Assembly: GCA_000934665.2 (NCBI GenBank)
Contig: JYFJ02001686.1
Span: 1 to 64,000 of the forward strand
DNA length: 64,000 nucleotides
Reading direction: 5' to 3'
From: Catajapyx aquilonaris
Taxonomy: Eukaryota
Translations under genes and position numbers: made by a program
In this document: in pieces, positions 14,401 through 24,760 of the stretch
Position numbering within the stretch: position 1 is the first letter of the stretch
How the letters are laid out: every line of letters begins with the position of its first letter
The notes under the pieces: model-generated
The model's database searches: none
What the model saw: only the letters and a program-made list of their open reading frames with translations
Told to the model about the DNA's origin: nothing

Positions 14401-17400
14401 TCATCAGTGTCACGGCTTTGCTACTGTATACTCAAAGGGGAGACGATCCACCTAACAGGTACGTAAGACGACGTAGTACCTATACAGAGTTCAAACTGCG
14501 TGCAGGTACGACCAATATCTTTTGTCAGATGCAATTAGGCGTCGCTTTTGAACTTGGTACGAATTCCATGGTTGCGCTAAAAGCCTTTATTGGCATGTGT
14601 GTCTGAAAGTATATTTATCCAGTACCCTTAACACCGCCAACGCTGCCAGATTATTAGATTAGCGCTACGAAAAACCTTATCGAATTTCCTCCCTTCTCTG
14701 CGAATCGCTCTTTCCACAAACAATAGGTGCCTCATTAACTTGATTCCTTAATCTGCAGGCGCAGCTTGTCGCAAGGTTCTATAACAATTACGTAAAATCC
14801 TTGCATGAATAAATTATGACCAATGACTTCTATTAATATACCGGCAGCGGTTATTACTCAAACTGGTGAAACCACCGTATGGTCGCCCCTTGACCTCAGA
14901 ACATCTAGAGGTCAAGCTCCCGAAAGCCGACCAATTTGGTCCCCCCCTCCCTAAAACTGCTTTCTTTTTCCGTTATCCACGGGAACAAACACCCCCGGAA
15001 AAAATCCGGACCATAAAAAGGGCAAGCAAGACACGTTTCCTGAGGGGTGCAACATCGCCCCAGATTTAATGCTGCATACCTCCCCCCAATAACCACTCTA
15101 GTAAGGGGAGAACGTGTCTCCCTCTTTTTTTTTCCTTCTGGCAAAATTTATCATGTGTCAAATTTCGCCATCAAGCATCCCCCTAGCAACCTAGGGCCCA
15201 GCAAGCGGAAGAAAGCCAGCCGTAAAAATGATGGATGCGGGTGCATCAATGGGGACTCCCAACGACCTCCGCACCGCAGGGACTCCCCGACCTGCCCCTG
15301 CCCAATGCTAATGTTTCATCGTTGCTGACCCCACCGGCTCATCGTACTGTCTCTAGTTCCGGACCAATAAGCCACTTCCCCCCTTTAACCAAAACAAAAA
15401 AGCGGTAGTCTACCCCCCAAAAAATTGTAAAGTTGAGATGGACATTCAGCCGTCATCAGCAGTTACCCGCATTGGTTGGAATTTTATGCCCAGAAAATGC
15501 TGGGTCGGTGGGTAATAAAAGAGCCATACTGCAGTTGTGTGTGAAAAGGGTATGCTACATTCCACATGGTTTCTGTTTGGTTTAATGCTACCAGGTGGGT
15601 TGGACGGGTTTGGGCTCAGGACGAATTCCTCTGCACAGAGGAATCCTCCAAATTTGACCAGTAGCAACTATAGTTGCTACCGGTCAATTTTCGTCGTCAC
15701 TGTTAGCAGCACTCAACTGGCCGTGGTTAGCAGTACGTGGGACGAAAATTCGACACGTTGGGAACATAATTTGTCCATAGAGTCGTACTTCATGTCATAA
15801 AGAATACACCGCTCTGAGCAGTACTGTACGTGCATAGGCTCACCCATTAATTTACACACACCCCAAAAGTACTGTAGATGATAGCCTAATTAATATAACT
15901 AAACGACTAGCTATTGATGGCCAGAATTATCAGTATCTTTGACTACCTGTACAATGCGCTAATTTGCGATCTGGCCGTGTGTGTAATTTTAAAACTGGCC
16001 CGATTGTCCATCCAGAACTGGCTCCAGTAGTGCGAAACGATGGGTTTGACACAAAATGCCATCAGTTTCTCTGATCTTGCTTCACCCTGTATTAGCGCCC
16101 ATCAACCGTGTAAGTTGTTCCCGCCTCCCATACCGATTAGGTAATTGCTCCATGTACAAAATGGTGTTTCACGTACATGCCTCCCATACCGTTGATAAAT
16201 TTACATAAAGTCGGTCCCATCTGCTGGGATGCAACTCTGGATGCAGGATGGGGGATGAGGGGGGAAAGTATAATAGCGCCCAGCGTCCCATGTCTGCAGT
16301 GTCCGTGGGCGAAAACACGCTGTTCAATGCCCTCCCTTCCCATCTCGACAGTCCCAGGCTCACCCGACCGTGTCCCCTAGCTTCCCACCCCCCATCCCAT
16401 CCTCCTGGCAGCTGGGTTCGGCCCTTGGTACCACACCTGCCCACTGCAAATCTCACGATATTTTTTTTTTCTCCCCCCTCCAACTTTCCATTATTCCCGC
16501 GGGTGGCGGCCATCTTGTAGCGTCCTTCACTAGAAGATGGTATCCGACGGCGCATTGCATTTTTCCATCAGGTTTTAAGCCGGTGGTTTCTTTTTGCCTC
16601 CGCCTCTGAGCTTTACTCGCAGCTGGAGCCGACTAATCCTTCAGGGGGCAGCGGGAACCACCCAGGGTCCTCCAAAGCCGCTTAGGCCTAGCCTGCAACC
16701 GGGACAATATGTTCGGGGGGACATACCGACGATAATCATAACCTTGTGTTTCAGACGGTTTCCGGTAGCTGGTAAGACAAGTTAGGTAGCTCTAACGAAC
16801 GTCGCCACCCAACCAGTTTCATTCAACAGCTTGCACCATTTGTTCTAGATCTGACAGTATGCAACCGAGTTGGTGGAGGAAATATGGGTGTTGGGTTGGA
16901 TGGGCGTGGGGGGTAAGAACAGAAAAAGGTATGGCCATGGTCTCGCTCTCCCAGCAGGTTTTTTCGGTAAGGGTAGGTTGGGCTGAGGGCATGGTCGTAA
17001 TTAAACGGCGGCGGTCGTGCAGCAAGCCTCTCGACTAATCGTGCCTCGATCGGACTGGGAGGGCTTCGGAGATTCCAAATGGTTTCGGCGAGCAAGGTCG
17101 ATCGTTGACTGGTGCCTCTCGAAATTATCTGGTCGGAAATCTGGTGGGGGTCAAAATTAGTGCTCACTAGTGGTCACTACCATAGGATAAGATAACGATG
17201 ACAAATTCAGGGTTTGGTACCTGTTCAGTTACGCAATGTGTTGTATTTTAGACACCTTTCAAGAAACGCGACGTTTATCTGCAGTTAGCATAATATATGC
17301 GGCATTATGCAGACCGACTCGTGGGGTTGTCAAAGGTTGAGTACGACAAGCATCAAAAGTTATTACGAGATGCCTGTGAAGGTGCACCGGCTATGACCTC

Positions 17401-18315
17401 AAGTCTAGCTATTCACTGAATATTCCAACAAATTGCTTGTTACATGTGTATACATATGCTTTGTAAATAAAATTCAACAGAAAACGCAAACAAGGGTGAA
17501 TCAATTCAGGTTCAAAAGATGTTATGCGAATATTTGCGCACCAAAATAGAAAACACAACAATAGCATGTAATGTGATGAATGCACCGGCAGATTACGGGT
17601 ATTCAGAAAGCAATTTCTCATCTTACCAGGTGATTTGTCGGAAATTTTTTGTCACATATCCGAATATTCTGAAAAAATTGCTCATTTTTGGCTATGCTGG
17701 TTTTGACTCAAATTTTTGCTGAGTCATCAACACGTGTACATGTTGCCAAGCCCAATGTCGGAATCCCTACCTGGCCAAATTACGGATCCGCCCCTAGGGG
17801 ACTTTTGGAGGGTGGTTGCACGCCACCCATGACGGCGACTTCAATGCGCGAATGAGCAAGCCTCCTTTCGCTTCCTCCACAATCCTTGAGGCCACTAGAA
17901 AGTCCCTACCTGTCATACCCCCAAGACGTCTGACATGCTCGTGACCTCTCCACCCCATCAAAAAAATTTCAGAAAAAAAAAATACACCGAAGCATTCCCT
18001 CAGTTAACTCTAGTGAAACATTAAAACTAACCCCCACACCCAACACCTCTTCCGGGAATGTTAGCCCAAGCGGAGATACCGGTCAGGGCTCCGGACGAGG
18101 TCAGCCCAGCAACAATCCTGTGTCTCCGGTTAGCCAGATCGGAAGTCACATCCCCGACGCACCCATTTCAAGCCCCCCATAACATACACACCCCTTTCCT
18201 CTTCCTCCCAACTAGATACCATTTCCCGCCTCCACAACACGCACCAACTCTCCCATGTCACACACATACACCTGTACAATATTTAATTATGAAAAAAAAC
18301 GATCCGAATGCGCTT

Positions 18316-18390
18316 GAAACACGCTCCGATCACGTTCGAAACACGCTCAGATCACGTTCGAAACACGCTCAGATCACGTTCGAAACACGC
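18316..18390 (+). repeat. 22-bp tandem repeat x ~3.4
   Basis: GAAACACGCTCAGATCACGTTC units at 18316, 18338, 18360 and a partial copy at 18382. Confidence 0.9.
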
Positions 18391-20699
18391 ATTATTGGAT
18401 AAATTTACAGCGTGTCTCGAGCGTTTCTTCAGCGATTTTCGAACGTTTATTTCTGCAATTCTCTGGCAGAATCCCGATAGCAATTGGCCAGCTGGCTGCC
18501 ACGTCTGGCCCAGGCTGTGACACGCCGGACTCGCGGTAATTAGCATTAATCTCCAATGCAAAACAGCTAGCTCGCCAAGCGTACAGCGGGGAGGCTCACT
18601 CACAGCCGCGGCCAAAAGTACTTGTCAAGGGCACTGATGGGGCATAAATAGGCGCATATACACATTCTATATAGACCACTCTCTCGGTGGTGGCTGGTCG
18701 ACTCGAAAAGGAACGGGGGAAAAAAACTGGCACGCCATCATCCATCGATCACTTATGACACCCCCACGATTTTGGTAATTGTTGTGTATTGAGTCTAAAA
18801 AGACAATAGTTGCATGTTGAAATTTTAGCGGGCTCCAAATTTTGACCTCTAGCTATCTTTGCATTGAATGTAAATTGGGTGTCTGCTATTGCAATGGTTA
18901 ACGTCAGTGAGGTGCAGTCAACTTTGCACTAACATATGCCTTTTTGTCAAAATTGTATCCGAATATGAATAGTTCTCAGGAGCAGTAACTTTTAGGCACA
19001 TTTTGATGTTAATATTTGTAAAACTCGATTGTATGGTGATTCGCGTACAGTTTGTTCACCTGTGAGAAAATACCTGCGCAAACTTTCTCAAGGGACTGTT
19101 AGCATTGCGGCTTGCAACACTTGAACGGCCATTTCAATCAGACTGACACGAGCCGCATTGTCTCCCGATAATTTATACGAACGCAATAACTCTGTCCGGT
19201 AATGTCTGCATGACAGGTCTCCCAACAGGAAGGAAATAAAAAAAATTGGCAATCCTGTCACCGGGGGTCCCTATATATGTAATGTGCAGCTCGCGTGTTA
19301 CTCCTGGACCTACAAGACTCCCTTGAGACTCTTAGGGGGGTTATACCACGTCACGCCTTGTTTGCCTACACTTCCATTCATACTCCGCTAATTAAAACCT
19401 CACTTACACCAACACGTGTCTAGTTGACACCTATCTTGTCATGTACTTTATTGGCATGTCTTTCTGCACGATTTGGAATCGCGCTTATGGATTTGTCGTT
19501 CGTCGATATCAAGGGGCAACTTATTGCTTAGTTGCGACATGAAACTTGCTGGTGTGATAACCGATCAAAATTTGGCTGGACCGATCAAAATCATTGTCGT
19601 CAATTTGAATATTATTTAAACGAAGTGATTTTCCGTGGTAAGACCAATAAAAATATCAACACTCACCTCTCGGCTACATGGGACGACGACTCCGGACATG
19701 TCCATCAAACGTCTGGACGATTCTGGACGCCCCCATGTTCCCACCAGTCCCCCCCATGGTAAACAACCTGAAAAAATAGCTATTATTAACACGTCCAAAG
19801 GCGGTGCTTAAAAAGTCAAACACAAATATTTACCTCTTTGTACAGGCATCCAGCTATAGGGGTGGACTGGCAGGGAATATTGAAAAAAACCCCAAAATCT
19901 CAAAAATGGGGGAGGTTTTGTCATTATTCCCTATCCAGCAGCTGAAAAAAAATCGCAATGGACTTTTTTTTTCCTACCCAAAAAATGGCATGTTCCGCAA
20001 GTACTGGTCAGTCCTTATTCCCCGGGGTTTTTTTTCGCAAAAAAAAAAAAAAAGTCTCCCACTCCGGATCCAATCCCGAATTTAAAGTTTTCCACTCCCT
20101 GCCCCATTATGGAAAACCAAATTCACGCTCGGCCAAGCGCTGCCAACTGTAATTACCACGGAAAGGAGACCAAAACACAGCTGGTCAGTACCGGACTCGG
20201 TACGGTGGGCGGCCCAGATAATTAATACTCTTGCTATAGTCAGGGGAAAAAAAAAAATTAATCTCAACTTTTGTCGCTACCGGGGACTGCCTAGACAGCG
20301 TTTGACACCTAGAGAGTATAGTCCGGTTAGAAAAAATGTCGCCACCAGAACATGCAATGGACGTATTAGGGGGGTTCTCTGAGAGGAAAGCGGTTGAGTG
20401 GCGGTAATGGCGTAATACGGCCGGTGGCCACGTTTCCGGCAGACTCTGCAATCTGACAGCCGACAATCACAAGTCTTTTCTACCTCCCGCCGGGGGTAGA
20501 TGGGGGGAAAAACTAGTCGAGAAAAAAAAAAATATCAGACAGAACACGTGCATTAAATTAAAATCCGCCAAAGGGAACCGGCTTCTCTTGGACATATGTG
20601 AATTCATCTTGTAAGCAATGGTATGGCATTTGGTTAATTATTCTCACAAATTTTGGCAGCCATACCCCAGCCCTGATAAACCTATTATGAAAGCATTAT

Positions 20700-22461
20700 G
20701 AAAGCATGCTCAGTTGGCCACACATAGATTAGACTTATCAAGAAATTGGCTTTTGTTGCAAATTTTCTCCCCCACAAAAAAAAAAAATATCGGGTGTTCA
20801 CGCACCAATTGTTGGGTATATAGAGAGGACATAACAAATAAGACGGATGGATCAAATAAATAACAATTGCGTTTCTGGGGTGTATCACAGTGTAATTATA
20901 CAACTTATGTACAGCACAATGGCGGAAGAAAAAGAACTCACACAGTTCCATTGCAGTCTCGTAAAATCGACCCCGTCATAAATAATGCAGGATTAAAACA
21001 GTATTATGTATAAGAACGAGTTGAAAACGTTTGAAAAAAGAGGGTCCCTGGCAACAATTAGCCTAAGGAAAAAAAAACATAATCGTCAAAAAACCCCAAC
21101 GATTGTTATTTATCAGACCCCTTCCCTTCCCTCCAAAGTCTGTGTTTGTTTTTTTTTAATTTATTTTTTCGGTAGTTTCCAACCATCAGATGAAAACTGT
21201 GTGTGTACTTTATATAACAAGATTCACTTTTTTTTCCGGTGCGCATATTTACAAGTATTTCTTGACGCCACTTCTCACAAATAAACCCCGAAATCATACT
21301 TTTTTTGTTGTCCCGCCGTACAAAGTAGGGCTTTTGCAAGAAAATAAACATTAAAAAAAAAAGAAAATAGACAGCTCTGATAGACAAGAAAAAATCTTTT
21401 TGCTGAATATAATAGACCTACTCCTAAAAGTAGGGCCCATGATCAACTTTCTTTATAAAAACTAGAAATTCTAAAAATTATAAGTATGCTTAAAAGGTGG
21501 GAGCACAATTTGATCTCCGAATCAAAAAAAAAAAAAATATTGGGTTCAAATCATATCAACAAATTCCTGAGATAATACTTGGGATTGACGTAAAGAAACT
21601 TAATTGCAGATTTTCTTTTTTGTTCATTTTTTTAAAAACAAGAATTGCAAGTTTCTTAATGCCATAATTACAAGAGAGAAAAAAGCGAAAAAAATAGGAA
21701 CAAGAACAGATGTGCAAGAAAAAAAAATTGTCTTGGGCCTATATCGGACACAATCAGGACTATACATCTGGCGAATGGTTTTGGTTTGCTTTAAATGCAG
21801 TTTGTCTACTGATCGGGATTGAATTGGAACAAATACTTTATGTACAAACCTCACTAAATGCATGCCTTACAACAACACACACAGGATTTCACAAAAGGCA
21901 AGGGGGGGTGGGTGGGTGGAAATGGCCCATGAAACGCNGGGAGATGTCCGGAATTCATGATTCTTAATACTCATTTTTTTTATTAATTACGATAATTTTT
22001 TTTTTCAAATCGGGTGGATTCTGTTCGCGAACATCCTATTATAACATAGGGGCCTGAAAAAGGCGCTAAGTGTCTCGGGGGGGTGGGAATGCTCGATATG
22101 ACAGACTATCACGATTATAGAAGAGAGGTCTACACGAGGAATGTCACGTGACACTAGAACAAAAAGTTTATTATTATTATTATTATTTTTCTCTAGACGA
22201 AGATTTGTTGCGATACTGGGTGTAGTAAATGACGTCTATATAAGGAGAGCAGTCTGGTGGGGGGGTAAGTTTTGGAAGTAAAAGTTTTGGTATAGAATTT
22301 GCACTCGGGTGTCTTCTTCCTTTAGGTCTGTCATTGTTTCTTGTATAAGTTGGGGCGCGCTCCGGTCACACACACTATGGTACAATTTCTACAGGGAGAA
22401 GATGGGTGGGGGGATAGGAAAACAATGATTGATACAAGAGGGGGATGGTAAAAGAGAGGAT
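20700..22461 (-). other. Probable long U-rich 3' UTR of SoxN
   Basis: Strong strand asymmetry (plus-strand A-runs are U-runs in the mRNA). Minus-strand AATAAA at 22172-22167, 21984-21979 and 21165-21160. Contains UGUAHAUA elements and miRNA seed matches. The distal end is uncertain. Confidence 0.5.
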
Positions 22462-22779
22462 TCACAGCAGATGACTCTGTCCTTCGCAGCTAGGGTAGAG
22501 AGGATGAGTGACACGGGGAATGTTTGGCTGCTGGTGGTAATGATGAGGAGAGGTGGTCTGATGGGTAATGGTGTTGTTGGTAGCAGTGGCGGCGGCGGTG
22601 GTGGCGGCGGCGGCGGCCCCTTGTTGTTGGTCGTCGTCCTCGTCGTCGTCGTCCTCGTCTCGACTGGTTGGGGGCTGGCACCCGTACGGACCCTCAGGGG
22701 GCCACGTGACCCGGCAACAGTACTGCTGGTCGGTGCAACAACGCTGCTGGTGCTGGACTGTCCGGGCGAGTACGGAGTG
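22462..22779 (-). other. Candidate stop-codon readthrough extension of SoxN (105 in-frame codons plus second stop TGA)
   Basis: After TAA the frame stays open: HSVLARTVQHQQRCCTDQQYCCRVTWPPEGPYGCQPPTSRDEDDDDEDDDQQQGAAAAATTAAATATNNTITHQTTSPHHYHQQPNIPRVTHPLYPSCEGQSHLL*. The stop context is UAA-C, triplet repeats are in phase, and a structured RNA is predicted directly 3' of the stop. Confidence 0.6.
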
Positions 22780-24078
22780 TTACATGTGCGTTAAGGGCAT
22801 GGAGCTGGTCCCCATGGGGTCGGGCGAGCCGGTGTGGTACTGGGAATGGGAGTGCATCTGGAGCCGACTTTGAGCAGAGGGATCGGAGGCGTCGGTGGGA
22901 AGGTACATGGAGATCATCTGGCGGAGGTCACCCGCGTTGGTGTACTCGCGCTTGACGTTGCTGGTGGCCGCGGCCGAGAGACCAGGGGCCGGACTGGACG
23001 TCGGGATGCCGCTGGGGGAGACTGGGTGACCCTCCGACTTCATGCTGGTAGGGCTCGGAGACACCGTGCCTACCGACCCCACCGACCCGACTGACCCCAC
23101 AGACCCTACCGAACTCATCTGGGACGCTTGCATGGAATACGGCGATGAGCCCGTCGAGTACATACCGGTGTAGGTGGATCCGTTCATATAGTTCATGGTG
23201 GATCCCCCGGTCATGGAGGCGGCGTTGTGCATCTGCGTCATGTCGTACCGGGGGTACAGGCTGCCGTTGCCCGCCATGTGGCTGCTGTAGGCCGCCGCCG
23301 CCGTGTGCTGCGGGTACGCGTTGGGGTCGTGCATCATGGTCGGGTACCCGTTCGGCATGTACCCGTTCGGCATCTGGTACATCTCCCGCCCCACCTGCTG
23401 CACCGAGGTGCGCCCCGGGTCGGTTGGAAGCAGCCCACCGGCCAGGGGGTACTTGTCCTTCTTCATCAGCGTCTTCGTCTTGCGGCGGGGACGGTACTTG
23501 TAGTCAGGGTGCTCTTTCATGTGCACCGCCCTCAGCCTCTTGGCCTCGTCGATAAACGGCCGCTTCTCCGCCTCGGACAGAAGCTTCCACTCTGCCCCTA
23601 GTCGCTTGCTTATCTCAGAGTTGTGCATCTTGGGGTTCTCCTGGGCCATCTTGCGTCTCTGCCCCCTGGACCACACCATGAAGGCATTCATGGGCCTCTT
23701 GACCCGGTCCTGCTGATTCTTTTGGCTGTTGCTCTGGTTACCACCGCCGCCGCCTCCGCCTCCTCCGCCTCCACCACCTCCTCCGCCCCCGCCGCCGCCA
23801 CCTCCGCCTCCGCCCCCGGAACCTCCGCCCGGGGCATGCCCGTGCTGGTTGTGCCCTCCCTGCCCGTGGCCCCCAGATCCGGAGGTGGGTGGTGGTGCCT
23901 GCACCGACATCCCTTGCACCCCGTGCACGTTGGGCGGCTGTAGTGCTGCACTGTAGTGCTGGTGCACCTGGGCAGCCGCCGCAGCAGCCGCAGCAGCAGC
24001 CGCGGCCGCATGCGACGAATGCGGAGGCATGTTGGCGTGCAGGGAGCCCCCCTTCAAGTCCGACTCCATTGTCAGCAT
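22780..24078 (-). CDS. SoxN: SoxB1-group HMG-box transcription factor (SoxNeuro / Sox1-2-3 orthologue), single exon, 432 aa from the first ATG
   Basis: Contains a canonical group-B HMG box ([74 protein letters not shown], ~23709-23488) followed by the group-B motif [13 protein letters not shown]. SoxB1-type C-terminal motifs [12 protein letters not shown] and terminal PLTHM are present. The N-terminus MLTMESDLK resembles arthropod SoxN and vertebrate Sox2 (MYNMMETELK). The ORF-track start at 24324 is a GTG; the first in-frame ATG is 24078-24076 (context GCGGCCATGC). Intronless, as expected for SoxB genes. Confidence 0.96.
   Translation of the reverse strand: MLTMESDLKGGSLHANMPPHSSHAAAAAAAAAAAAAQVHQHYSAALQPPNVHGVQGMSVQAPPPTSGSGGHGQGGHNQHGHAPGGGSGGGGGGGGGGGGGGGGGGGGGGGGGGNQSNSQKNQQDRVKRPMNAFMVWSRGQRRKMAQENPKMHNSEISKRLGAEWKLLSEAEKRPFIDEAKRLRAVHMKEHPDYKYRPRRKTKTLMKKDKYPLAGGLLPTDPGRTSVQQVGREMYQMPNGYMPNGYPTMMHDPNAYPQHTAAAAYSSHMAGNGSLYPRYDMTQMHNAASMTGGSTMNYMNGSTYTGMYSTGSSPYSMQASQMSSVGSVGSVGSVGSVGTVSPSPTSMKSEGHPVSPSGIPTSSPAPGLSAAATSNVKREYTNAGDLRQMISMYLPTDASDPSAQSRLQMHSHSQYHTGSPDPMGTSSMPLTHM
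23740..23817 (-). repeat. Coding (GGN)26 poly-glycine tract just N-terminal to the HMG box
   Basis: 78 nt of mixed Gly codons. The gene also has a 13-Ala tract at 23971-24009 and an SVG peptide repeat near 23065-23113. Confidence 0.9.
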
Positions 24079-24228
24079 GGCCGCTTCCGGGTGGTGGTAG
24101 CCGTACAGGTTGGCCGCAGCTGCAGCCGCAGCCGCCGCAGCCGCCGTTGACGACGACGCGACCTCGCCGCGGAACTCACGGGGGTACTGAGCCCTACTCA
24201 CCGAGCCGGTGGCCGCCGCTCCCGCCAG
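24079..24228 (-). other. Candidate non-AUG (CUG) initiated 50-aa N-terminal extension of SoxN
   Basis: In-frame and AUG-free. CTG at 24228-24226 in context TTCGCC-CTG-G. Encodes [29 protein letters not shown]11[11 protein letters not shown], and the 11 alanines use all four Ala codons. Confidence 0.5.
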
Positions 24229-24369
24229 GGCGAACTCTCGAGGTGCTATCCAAGCACCCACTTTTTCACACTGTACTTCAAAAGTCTGCTCTCTGCTACT
24301 ATACCACAGTTCCAGTCCGCACACTCACTCGGGGGTTCGGTTTGCTGCTGGTTGCTGCTAGGGGGTTGT

Positions 24370-24411
24370 TCAGGCCTCGTGGGCCTCCTCTCGTCTCCGG
24401 GTAGTCTTCAT
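24370..24411 (-). other. Short upstream ORF (MKTTRRREEAHEA*) in the presumed SoxN 5' leader
   Basis: ATG at 24411-24409 in weak context, TGA at 24372-24370. It is the nearest AUG upstream of the SoxN ATG. Relevant only if the TSS lies upstream of 24411. Confidence 0.3.
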
Positions 24412-24439
24412 TCACCGTGGGTATGAGGGCACACCTGGC

Positions 24440-24760
24440 GGCGCTGATTCAGTCTCTCTCTCTCCCCCCACTCTCACAATATGCCCTCCCTATTGAATGC
24501 CTCCACAGAGCGTGCACAACTCACGTCTGTTCGCTTTGAAAACCGCCTATTCTTTGCTCCATTCTCCTGTCCAACCCATGTGTTATTGATTGACATCGGA
24601 CTGCCATGATTTTTTCCCACCAATCACAGCCAGGGTATGGGCTGCTGTGGGAGGAGTCATGCTCTTACACGAGCAACTCCGGCCTCGTGACGCCGAACCG
24701 GTGGGCGGGGCTTAGGGACGCCCAGGCCACGCCACCCACCGCCACTGCTCCCTTCCCTTC
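24440..24760 (-). promoter_or_regulatory. Probable SoxN proximal promoter region
   Basis: GC-rich segment upstream of the leader with (TC)6/GAGA-type repeat 24453-24464, CCAATCA 24620-24626 and GC box GGGCGGGG 24703-24710. The TSS cannot be placed from sequence alone. Confidence 0.45.

Noticed and set aside
24174..24201. Two GTGAGT splice-donor-like motifs in the SoxN leader (minus strand, 24201 and 24179)
   Set aside because: No convincing pyrimidine tract plus AG acceptor before the ATG, and SoxB genes are typically intronless. Kept only as an alternative to test with RNA-seq.
24322..24324. ORF-track start (GTG) giving a 514-aa SoxN
   Set aside because: The GTG directly follows an in-frame TGA and has poor context, and the first ~32 codons do not look coding. 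It is simply the longest-ORF choice under a prokaryote-style start set.
22429..24404. Multiple plus-strand and alternate-frame ORFs overlapping SoxN
   Set aside because: Shadows of the GC-rich, triplet-repetitive SoxN sequence, with no recognisable domains.
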